From: a virus
Lineage: Duplodnaviria; Caudoviricetes
DNA: 64,000 nucleotides
Direction: 5' to 3' (one strand)
Virus record (IMG/VR): IMGVR_UViG_3300027759_003166
Part shown: piece after piece, positions 9,555 through 17,738 of the stretch
Layout of the letters: every line of letters starts with the position of its first letter
Position numbering within the stretch: the stretch's first letter is position 1
The notes under the pieces: generated by a model
What the model saw: the letters and a program-made list of their open reading frames with translations, nothing else
Told to the model about the DNA's origin: nothing
The model's database searches: none
Translations under genes and position numbers: made by a program

Positions 9555-10069
9555 TTAATTACTTCGTCTTTGGTATATTGAGACCAGTCTGTAAAGGTCT
9601 CACGGGTTAATAAATTGTGTAGGCTATGACACCACACACCGGGGTTTGTCGACTTGAAGTTGTTGTCGTCAAGTTTAATTATAGCATTATAACCTAGTTG
9701 TTGTAAATAGGGCAGTTTCACCGAAATCATTGGAATGAAATTATGATACTCAGCAAATCCAGTTTCTAACAATCCTTCTACACACTTAACATCTACGTCC
9801 AATGTACATTGATAATCTCTGTTAAGGAAATACTTGATCATATTTTCCCAGTCTACCCAACCACGAGCATTGGTGTCATAATTAGGAAAACTTTGATTAG
9901 CACCAAAGTAGATATGCTCGCAGCCGTTGAGTTTGGCAGCAATAGCATCTACATCTTGTACACCAACAACAAACAATGTTCTCTTACCGTATGCAGGAGT
10001 ATGTTCTACTTCCGTACCGTAGAAGAAGTCTGCGTTTTCGTGTCCTTCTCTTTCCATTTTATTCTCCAA
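9551..10069 (-). CDS. hypothetical protein in deazaguanine operon
   Basis: ORF overlapping both neighbours. Confidence 0.7.
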   Translation of the reverse strand: MENKMEREGHENADFFYGTEVEHTPAYGKRTLFVVGVQDVDAIAAKLNGCEHIYFGANQSFPNYDTNARGWVDWENMIKYFLNRDYQCTLDVDVKCVEGLLETGFAEYHNFIPMISVKLPYLQQLGYNAIIKLDDNNFKSTNPGVWCHSLHNLLTRETFTDWSQYTKDEVIK

Positions 10070-11618
10070 GGTCGTCGCTTAATTTCTGTAATGCTGAATC
10101 ATTAGCATCTGAAAGATCAATTTCATCAGCACGAGTAACTTCTTCAACATCAAATAATCCACCAAATAGATTATCATTCTGTCCGTTAGTGGTGTTACGA
10201 GCACCTGCAATACTGATCAAGAATGCCTTAGCAGTTGGATGCTCTAACATCTCCATGGCTTCTGTTAATGTTTTGGTATTAAACAATTCTTCAACAAAAC
10301 GATCAAAGTACAATACATTACGTGGCACCCATTCACTAAACTGATCACTGGCAAGTTCTTTGGCGTTAAGTTTCTTCCATGAACGCCAGTCTGGTTTGAA
10401 TCTTGCACTTTCGATGTCAGCATAATGATTAGCACGTTGTACTGCCTCAATATGACATTGTACATTATGTGCCATATACAATGAATAAGCAAAACTATCC
10501 CAAGAAGTTTTACCTTCTTTGCCAATCTTGTTTAACATTCCTGGAGCATAATGACAAATGTCGCCCATTACAAGTCTGCGGCCGATCTCTGATTCAAAGG
10601 GGAATGGGATATCGCTTCCTGCAAGTGCTTTGTTGTCTGGGGCTTTTTCCATAACAACACTGAACTTTTTCGAAGTGTGGATTGGGTTTGTGTAAACGAG
10701 TCCGTGTGCTGTTGCGACAAACGGTGAGGCGCAGTCAAAAGATATGGTAACTTCTTCATTAATATGTTTCCTGAGTTGTCGTTGAATTGAAGTTAGATAG
10801 CAAGCCCAATCTAACTGTGCTGTACCCAAGAAGTGGATCCAGTTCTTGCCTGTGAGCATGCCTTCCTCGCGCATGATCATCAAACGCTTTAAAGTGATGT
10901 CCATCTTACTCATATTGACACCACCCATTGCCCAACCCTCTGCTGCTTTATCTCCCCATACAGCAGGGTCACTATATTCTTTAACACCTTCATACCAAGA
11001 CTGTGCGCTATGCCAATCGCTGCCTTGTAAAACATTTAACCACTTGGTCTTACCTAACCGATTCTTTAAAAAGTAATCGTTATTGAAACGAGTTTTTTGT
11101 AAACAATCAGCAGGACTTGTTAATCCGGTTCTTGCTTGATTATTCTTATCACAGGCCCAAATAGGCACATCCAACATCATTGACCAGTCAGCAGTTAATT
11201 CTAACCAAGCAATAATAGAATCACGAGTTTTGTTGGCTGCTTTACCTTCAAAGTCTTGCCAATCAAACTTTAAAATGCCTTTACCAATCTGATATCCACC
11301 TGAGTCACCTAAGATCATAGTTTTAGCATGATTACGATCGTGTATCATGACTTCTTGTACCAAACTTTTTTCTATATCTAACTGTGCATGACCGGCAGAG
11401 TATAGACCATAATTATAAGTAAAGTATCCTTGCTCTTCGTTTAAGAAGTTCATACCTTCGATACCACGATCAAATCCTTTAGGGATACGATCCTTGGGTA
11501 CAAAATCACTTAGTCGTTGTTTGGCAACGTAGGTGCTGTAGAAACTGCTGATTGCTGGCAAATAGCAGGCATAATCCCTATTCAGGGGCGATAAATCAAC
11601 TGGTGGATTACTTTTCAT
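10059..11618 (-). CDS. tRNA-guanine-transglycosylase-like (DpdA-type) DNA transglycosylase
   Basis: TGT motifs in order: GDSGGYQ, MMLD.P, VLQG, WAMGG, HFLG, SFDCASP; start at ATG 11618 inferred. Confidence 0.75.
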   Translation of the reverse strand: MKSNPPVDLSPLNRDYACYLPAISSFYSTYVAKQRLSDFVPKDRIPKGFDRGIEGMNFLNEEQGYFTYNYGLYSAGHAQLDIEKSLVQEVMIHDRNHAKTMILGDSGGYQIGKGILKFDWQDFEGKAANKTRDSIIAWLELTADWSMMLDVPIWACDKNNQARTGLTSPADCLQKTRFNNDYFLKNRLGKTKWLNVLQGSDWHSAQSWYEGVKEYSDPAVWGDKAAEGWAMGGVNMSKMDITLKRLMIMREEGMLTGKNWIHFLGTAQLDWACYLTSIQRQLRKHINEEVTISFDCASPFVATAHGLVYTNPIHTSKKFSVVMEKAPDNKALAGSDIPFPFESEIGRRLVMGDICHYAPGMLNKIGKEGKTSWDSFAYSLYMAHNVQCHIEAVQRANHYADIESARFKPDWRSWKKLNAKELASDQFSEWVPRNVLYFDRFVEELFNTKTLTEAMEMLEHPTAKAFLISIAGARNTTNGQNDNLFGGLFDVEEVTRADEIDLSDANDSALQKLSDDLGE

Positions 11619-11622
11619 TTTA

Positions 11623-12357
11623 TCATGCCTGTGCTGGAATAATATATTTGTAAGTAGCAATGCCGCTATCTAAAGTGATCTGCATAGCACCTTCATCACT
11701 GAACCCAATCTTAGCATTGTTGGCATCAGCAATTTTTAAAATGCTTAATACGCTATTCACTGGCCAAGTCCATCCTTTAGTAAGATTACCAACAACGTCT
11801 GTAGCAAAAATAAATTCACCACCGTGACTGCTAACATCACCAAATGTAAACTTCAAATTACCACCATCTGTTTTGGCCAAGAAAGTTGTATGTTCTGTGT
11901 TAGCACCTGCTTGGAATTGAAAACGTTGAATAGCACTTACAGTAGGCTCAACTTCAACATGCCATTTAACACCACGGAACTTAACAGTTTTCAATTTCTC
12001 ATTGATAATGTCTTGATTCATAAAGCGATAGTCATTCTTAAAGTCGCCGTCTTTGTTTTCAAAGTGTAGACCAACTGGAATAGTTTCGCCATTACGTTCA
12101 GCGGTAACTACCTCAATTTTAGCATCGTCTTGATATTCTTTACCATCTAATAGATAGCGTAGTTTTTCAAGTTGTGGCATACCATATGTGCCAATCATGT
12201 CTGGATGCGGATTAGCAGTTTCAGCATACATGATAACGCTACGGTCATCTGCCATGGAGTCGATTAGAGTTTTTTGTTCTGTGCCTGTTACTTTAACAAT
12301 ATTTAGAAAGCCTAATTTGTTTGTATGTGCAACGATGTCTTGAAGAATAGATTTCAT
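11623..12357 (-). CDS. DNA sliding clamp (T4 gp45-like)
   Basis: 244-aa beta-rich protein adjacent to PolB, ends ATYKYIIPA; clamp loader present in window. Confidence 0.6.
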   Translation of the reverse strand: MKSILQDIVAHTNKLGFLNIVKVTGTEQKTLIDSMADDRSVIMYAETANPHPDMIGTYGMPQLEKLRYLLDGKEYQDDAKIEVVTAERNGETIPVGLHFENKDGDFKNDYRFMNQDIINEKLKTVKFRGVKWHVEVEPTVSAIQRFQFQAGANTEHTTFLAKTDGGNLKFTFGDVSSHGGEFIFATDVVGNLTKGWTWPVNSVLSILKIADANNAKIGFSDEGAMQITLDSGIATYKYIIPAQA

Positions 12358-12375
12358 AATAATTTCCTTTTAGTT

Positions 12376-12404
12376 AGTATATTTAGATTTAGGGAGAAAG
12401 TCAA
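12376..12404 (-). promoter_or_regulatory. sigma70 promoter TTGACT-N17-TATACT overlapping a TAAATA motif
   Basis: hexamers at 12399-12404 and 12376-12381. Confidence 0.7.
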
Positions 12405-12412
12405 CAAATATT

Positions 12413-15085
12413 TTATTCAAAGCTGAATAATGAACCAAAATTATTTGTTTGTGTAGTAGATTCTAGATCCCACTCTAGAACTCCGATAAGATTATCGAGT
12501 TTATTATTAATAATAACAGTTTCCATATCAGCGTGATCAAATGGTAAGTCTTGAAACCATTTAGGTAGTCGTAGTTCGTCAACCGGATATGCCACGCTGG
12601 TATAGCCAAGTGGATTATCTTTTAACTTACAAACAATTACTTTCATACCATCGACAATATTGGTGCTGTATTTGTCACCATTCATACGTTTAAGAGTATT
12701 CCAGTTGATACTAGCACGAACATGTCCGGGCATATTTGCTTTACCTGCCTTACGTTCTTTTTCTTGATATTCAGCAATGTTGTTGGCACGTTTAGGACTA
12801 CCCTTCTCCCATCCAGGTCGTGCTTTAAATTCAGTTCTAAATTCATTAATCATATCAAGAATTTCTTCTTCCTGACTACCATTTAGAACTTTGGTTAGTA
12901 CTTCTTCAAGAAACTTCTGCATGAATTCTGGAGTATCGCTACGTTTCAAATCTAAACCCATGGCTTTAATTTTGCCAGGTTTAGTATCACTGTCATATCT
13001 CTTGCCATCCTTGTCATAGTACAATACAGCATAACGCTTTTTGGTAATAAACAAGCCTTTGATAGCAACAATTTCACGTCCTGCTTTAATAACTTCACCA
13101 CGTGATTTTGGACAGTGGAATGTATCTAACATGAATTGTGGAAATGTAGCATTAACATTATCTGCAATTGTATTGTATAGTTGTATAGCAATATCTTTAT
13201 CCCAAGGTAGTAATTTCTTTTGAATATCAATCTTTAATGTATTGTAGGCAGAGAAGTAACAACTGTCTGTATCACCATATATAATACTTTTACCAACGTG
13301 ATCAAAATCACCTGTAATAACTTCATTAACTTTACCTGCCATATGGCGAGCAATGGCACGACCGGTAAGTGTGGTACTTTGTCCAATACGCTTGTCAAAG
13401 AATCTGCAACCTGGATTCAAAATAGCACCGTACAAACTATTCAAGTTAATCTTCTTAACCAGTTGTCGTTTGTCCCAGTATTCTTCTTCAATCTTATTGC
13501 CGGCATCGATTGCTGCTTTAAGTTTCTTCTGCATGTCTTTACGCTCACTGTACCAGCGAGCCAGCAAGCCGGGAATAATACCTTCTTGCTCATGGGTAAA
13601 GATTGTGCCATTTGCACTGAGCATCCATGGGTTATTACTTTCATATATTAATCTATAAGCCTCGGCACCGCTTAGTATATCATACTCGCCATTTTCCCAA
13701 TCAATGGTAATTTCAAATGCACGATCTTGTCGCATTACTGCTTCGAATTCTAAGCTGCCAAACATACCTTCCCATGCAGCCGCAAAGGATTTTTTATCCA
13801 ATGTTGTTTGTTTATGAATAAATTCATCGGTATTAGTTTGTCGTATTTGTCCAACAATGGTTTCTGGACCCATATTCAATGCACGAATAACACTGGGATA
13901 TAGACTGTTAATGTCCATGCTTCCGATGTAATCATGTAATCCTTTTTTAGGATATGCTACATAAGCACCTGCGGCTTGATTGTTTTCAGTCTCATCACGC
14001 TTGGCACGACTTGGAACAATTAACCCTCTGTGATGTGCTTCATTAACAATTGCTTGTTCTGTTACTGCCACGGCACCCATGGTGGTCTGTAGCAATACAG
14101 TACATTCGTGTGCTAGTGTATTGGCAAGATCTATAAACTTTAGTTTCTTATCTAACTTATCAAGTAGTGCGGTATCTTGTCTATTGTATTCAATGAACTT
14201 GCGGAAGTCTTTATTATAAAGTTGATCCAGTGTACCTTCGTAGACAGTCTTGCTCTCACCTACTTCCATCTCTCCAATGGCATCGAGCCTGTAGGTATGG
14301 CGTTCTTCGTAGGTGTATTTCCTGTACAGTTCGAGACTGTCCAAATGAACGCGACCAATAAGATCATAAGTAACAGCCTGTTTCCCATATTTCTCGTATT
14401 CTCTCTTTTTTGGAAATTGATCCCACAAACAAAATCTGCGTGTATCTTCTTTGCTCAATACCTTAGTGACTCTATTAACAGTATAAGGAATATCAAAACC
14501 TTCACTATTCCAACCGCTTAATACATCAGCATCTTCAATTAATGTTAGAAATGCATCTAACATCTCTGCTTCTGTTTCAAACAACACAGTATTAGGAAAG
14601 TCCTTGACCTGTTCCTTAGCCTGCTCCATGGTTAGAGTCTTGGGTGGAACAGCAAAACATACCAGTGTGTCTAACCATTGTAAGTGAACAGCGATCGCAG
14701 TGATGGGCATAAAAGCATCTTCAGGAGTGCTATAGCCACGTTCCGGATCAAAGTCTACCTCAATGTCAAAAAATGCTACGTGTAATTTTGGTGGATCAAT
14801 GCCGAGATAATGATCTTCCAAACAGCGGAATGCTGGTTTGATATCGCTTTCGTAGAGTCTACGTTCGCCGTGGATGCGTAGTTCTTTTTGAAAGTCCTTG
14901 TTATTTCTACAAGTAACTTTATTTAGATTCTCACCGTAGATTGATTTGTACTTACCCTTTTGATCAGGATAATAAAAGATAAATTTGGCAGGATATTCTT
15001 GATAGATTCTACCCTTCTTTGCATCGCGCTCAACTACCTTAACAATATCTTTGTCGCGATCCCACCATGCGTCAACATATGACAT
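12413..15085 (-). CDS. family B DNA polymerase (T4 gp43-like)
   Basis: Exo FFDIEVD, SGWN, YNRQD; Pol DINSLYPS, KINLNSLYG, YGDTDS, KKRY. Confidence 0.95.
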   Translation of the reverse strand: MSYVDAWWDRDKDIVKVVERDAKKGRIYQEYPAKFIFYYPDQKGKYKSIYGENLNKVTCRNNKDFQKELRIHGERRLYESDIKPAFRCLEDHYLGIDPPKLHVAFFDIEVDFDPERGYSTPEDAFMPITAIAVHLQWLDTLVCFAVPPKTLTMEQAKEQVKDFPNTVLFETEAEMLDAFLTLIEDADVLSGWNSEGFDIPYTVNRVTKVLSKEDTRRFCLWDQFPKKREYEKYGKQAVTYDLIGRVHLDSLELYRKYTYEERHTYRLDAIGEMEVGESKTVYEGTLDQLYNKDFRKFIEYNRQDTALLDKLDKKLKFIDLANTLAHECTVLLQTTMGAVAVTEQAIVNEAHHRGLIVPSRAKRDETENNQAAGAYVAYPKKGLHDYIGSMDINSLYPSVIRALNMGPETIVGQIRQTNTDEFIHKQTTLDKKSFAAAWEGMFGSLEFEAVMRQDRAFEITIDWENGEYDILSGAEAYRLIYESNNPWMLSANGTIFTHEQEGIIPGLLARWYSERKDMQKKLKAAIDAGNKIEEEYWDKRQLVKKINLNSLYGAILNPGCRFFDKRIGQSTTLTGRAIARHMAGKVNEVITGDFDHVGKSIIYGDTDSCYFSAYNTLKIDIQKKLLPWDKDIAIQLYNTIADNVNATFPQFMLDTFHCPKSRGEVIKAGREIVAIKGLFITKKRYAVLYYDKDGKRYDSDTKPGKIKAMGLDLKRSDTPEFMQKFLEEVLTKVLNGSQEEEILDMINEFRTEFKARPGWEKGSPKRANNIAEYQEKERKAGKANMPGHVRASINWNTLKRMNGDKYSTNIVDGMKVIVCKLKDNPLGYTSVAYPVDELRLPKWFQDLPFDHADMETVIINNKLDNLIGVLEWDLESTTQTNNFGSLFSFE

Positions 15086-15098
15086 ATAATTTTTCCTC

Positions 15099-15155
15099 CT
15101 CGTGATTTAATGGCTCACTGACCTTCTCGTGATCAATTATGGCTGATCTGACCTT
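15099..15155 (-). promoter_or_regulatory. tandem hairpin leader (candidate translational operator) of the polymerase
   Basis: two imperfect direct repeats AAGGTCA-stem-GCCAT(A/T)A-stem-..GAG abutting the GAGG RBS. Confidence 0.5.
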
Positions 15156-15157
15156 AC

Positions 15158-15451
15158 TCATAAATTATTTAGCATCCTGAATAAGCCGATGCTATCTATA
15201 GTGACTAACAATACGTAGTTCGCAAGCAGCCCAAAAGACTTACGGCTATAGCAAGCCCAACCATATAAAATACACTGGCTAATAAAAATAGGATAAAGAA
15301 TGATAAGAGGCGGATTTGGGACTGTGAGCGCCATAGTGACACTACATCCGATTGAAGTTGCCCAAGCCGTAATCTCCACGATAAAACGTAAAGGGTAAGT
15401 TTTATAGTCATCCTTGATCCAATTAATGACATTAGCTAATTTTTCATTCAT
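15158..15451 (-). CDS. small membrane protein
   Basis: three hydrophobic segments; ATG at 15451 inferred. Confidence 0.65.
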   Translation of the reverse strand: MNEKLANVINWIKDDYKTYPLRFIVEITAWATSIGCSVTMALTVPNPPLIILYPIFISQCILYGWACYSRKSFGLLANYVLLVTIDSIGLFRMLNNL

Positions 15452-15716
15452 CAGTACGACGATGCGAATGTCCGCTGATATCCACGATAGTTTCCAAATC
15501 GTCAAACTCTTTCCAAACGCTGTCCCATTGATCTTTCTGTGCAATCTTAATTGCTTTTTTGATCACGCTGGGTTTGACTTCGAGTTCTTCTGCTACTGCT
15601 TTGATTGTATCGTTAAGGCCTTCGGTAAGGTCTTGAATTTCCTGCAGAACGGTCATGCCTTCTGCTACTATCTGTTTAATTTTGGCCTGTTCAGGCGCCC
15701 CAAATGATTTACCCAT
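15444..15716 (-). CDS. small helical protein, possibly DNA-binding (GapR/DsbA-like)
   Basis: coiled-coil pattern LTEGLNDTIKAVAEELEVKPSVIKKAIKIA; own sigma70 promoter and AAGGAG RBS. Confidence 0.5.
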   Translation of the reverse strand: MGKSFGAPEQAKIKQIVAEGMTVLQEIQDLTEGLNDTIKAVAEELEVKPSVIKKAIKIAQKDQWDSVWKEFDDLETIVDISGHSHRRTDE

Positions 15717-15736
15717 AAAAAATCTCCTTGTAAGTA

Positions 15737-15765
15737 AGTATATACTACGCAAGGAGTTCTGTCAA
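15737..15765 (-). promoter_or_regulatory. sigma70 promoter TTGACA-N17-TATACT
   Basis: hexamers at 15760-15765 and 15737-15742. Confidence 0.8.
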
Positions 15766-15773
15766 GGTTTATT

Positions 15774-16316
15774 TTATAAACGAGCGTCTATAATGTTCCA
15801 ATTGATAATTTTCCAATGATTATTTAGATAACCTTTTTTATCGGCTTGGTAATCCAATGACCAAGCATGTTCCCAAGCATCAATTAAAACAATAATATCT
15901 TTCTTTATAGAATGATTGGGAATTATTTTTATATCACCATTGCTTGATAGATAGCACCAGCCACTTCCTTGAATGGACATAAACGATTTGGTAAATTCTT
16001 CTTTGAAGTTATCAAAAGATTTAAAATGTTGATCAATAAACTCTTTGGATGCACCAATTGGTGTATTTTCTTCATCTGGAATCTGTAGTTGTGGAAAGTA
16101 TATACTATGTAAGTAAGCACCTGCTTCATTAAAGTCTAGATCACCTTCGCCGCTGTTATAGCGATTAACATAGGTTCTGTATAGTTTGCCATAATGATAA
16201 TCTATAGCATCTTCACTTAACACAGGTTCTAATGCATCTCGGGCATAGGATAATTTCACTTGTTCAAGTGTTTTGATCTCTTTGCCTTCTACTACATATT
16301 TTATAAAATTAAACAT
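15774..16316 (-). CDS. sod: Fe/Mn superoxide dismutase
   Basis: LEP..S....YHY, AYLH, GSGW, DAWEHA metal-ligand motifs. Confidence 0.85.
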   Translation of the reverse strand: MFNFIKYVVEGKEIKTLEQVKLSYARDALEPVLSEDAIDYHYGKLYRTYVNRYNSGEGDLDFNEAGAYLHSIYFPQLQIPDEENTPIGASKEFIDQHFKSFDNFKEEFTKSFMSIQGSGWCYLSSNGDIKIIPNHSIKKDIIVLIDAWEHAWSLDYQADKKGYLNNHWKIINWNIIDARL

Positions 16317-16906
16317 TATTTCTTTTTACCTGCTTTCATATTAGCGGCCCAATGTGCTAATTGTGCTGCTCGTCCTGAATGACTTTTGGCAAACTTTCTC
16401 AAACTGCTAATACTAGCATGTTTAGGAATACCGTGCCTTGCACTATCACCTTTATCCTCGGGATGACGTCCGTCAGCAAAATTCTCTGCTACATCCTGCT
16501 GACCTTCCACAGTAAGCCTGTCTAATGCTATTGGATTTAATACAACATTCGGTTTCAAGCCTTTGGTGTTAGCATAGGCCACATACACTTGATCTGTGGG
16601 TTCTATAACAAAACTCACACAATGTTTACCGGGCCAGTCTGGTTTGCCCACACTAAACCAAATGCCTATCACAGGAATAAATGGATGTTCATCTGTGCTC
16701 AACCGACCATATTCCCGTTCGCCTGTGGCGTCACGCCGAGGTTTTAGTCCTCCACTTTTCTTAATTGCTTCTAGCCTATTGGTACAATGATAAACCCTTT
16801 GCCCCACTATGTCTTGTCCAGGAAATAGATTCGTACCAGGAACATTCTTAGGTGGTCTAACTCCCTGGTAGTTGGTAAAGTTTTCAACTAGTTCGTTGAT
16901 ACGCAT
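16316..16906 (-). CDS. putative internal head protein: ADP-ribosyltransferase-like domain + basic C-terminal module
   Basis: N-terminus MRINELVE; VYHCT...GGL.P and GIWFS motifs; QQDVAE linker. Confidence 0.5.
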   Translation of the reverse strand: MRINELVENFTNYQGVRPPKNVPGTNLFPGQDIVGQRVYHCTNRLEAIKKSGGLKPRRDATGEREYGRLSTDEHPFIPVIGIWFSVGKPDWPGKHCVSFVIEPTDQVYVAYANTKGLKPNVVLNPIALDRLTVEGQQDVAENFADGRHPEDKGDSARHGIPKHASISSLRKFAKSHSGRAAQLAHWAANMKAGKKK

Positions 16907-17689
16907 TTAGCAATTCCATTTACGTAATGCCAATGCCTTGCGTGTAGGTTCACCATTGGGCTTTTTCATAGGACCATCAACTCCACCCATTCTAGCACAG
17001 AATGATTTACGGCGTTTGGCGGATTTACTGCCAGCTTTTAATTTACTGGGTTTAGTGGTAACTGCCGTTTGTAGTTTGCTACCAGGGTGCTCTCTACGAT
17101 AACTAGCAACACCTTTGGCATTTAGTCCGCCAGACTTGCTTTTGCCGGCCTTACGATGCCACGCAGCAGATTCATTTAATTCATCTTCTAAAAACGTATC
17201 AGCAAACTTTTCGCATAGTGCTCTAATGTCTGAGTTGTTTGTTTCTTGTAGAGTAAATTCTCTTTCTTCGTGTTCGTCGTCACCTTGGCTTGGATCCATA
17301 TAACCGCAATATACTTTACGTATGATAGAATTATTGATTAGATCGGTACAACTATCTCCGTGCCTTTCTTGTGCAGTTTCATCACTAAATTCACTGCAAG
17401 GACTCAGCGTAGTAATAAGAATACTGCCTTCTGGAATGTCACCATATTTTCTATCATAGGCTTCCATGGCTGCTTTCTCTGCATGAACATGTAAATCGCC
17501 TTGCATATAATTCAATCCTAAAACTAAATTATTGTCAGGATCTAATACAGCAGCAGCAACCATGCCGTAACGTTCGCTATCCCTTTTCTGGCCTTCAATA
17601 ACCAGTTTGCAGAGTTTAACCAAGATACCGTCCAACTTGGTTAGATTGCGTATCTCGTAGTCAGTTTGGTCAAACTCTGTAAATCTCAT
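16907..17689 (-). CDS. zinc-dependent nucleotide deaminase domain fused to basic C-terminal module
   Basis: HAE...TLSPC..(insert)..C deaminase signature; ELNE junction; N-terminus MRFTEF. Confidence 0.7.
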   Translation of the reverse strand: MRFTEFDQTDYEIRNLTKLDGILVKLCKLVIEGQKRDSERYGMVAAAVLDPDNNLVLGLNYMQGDLHVHAEKAAMEAYDRKYGDIPEGSILITTLSPCSEFSDETAQERHGDSCTDLINNSIIRKVYCGYMDPSQGDDEHEEREFTLQETNNSDIRALCEKFADTFLEDELNESAAWHRKAGKSKSGGLNAKGVASYRREHPGSKLQTAVTTKPSKLKAGSKSAKRRKSFCARMGGVDGPMKKPNGEPTRKALALRKWNC

Positions 17690-17738
17690 TTCTTTTTCAC
17701 CTTAGGCTGTCTTGCTTTATATAAGGCCGCTGTGGCCA

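Noticed and set aside
12413-15085. Intein or intron in PolB (also checked ClpA, clamp loader, QueE)
   Set aside because: Motif spacing and lengths are ordinary; no splice-junction residues or homing endonuclease seen
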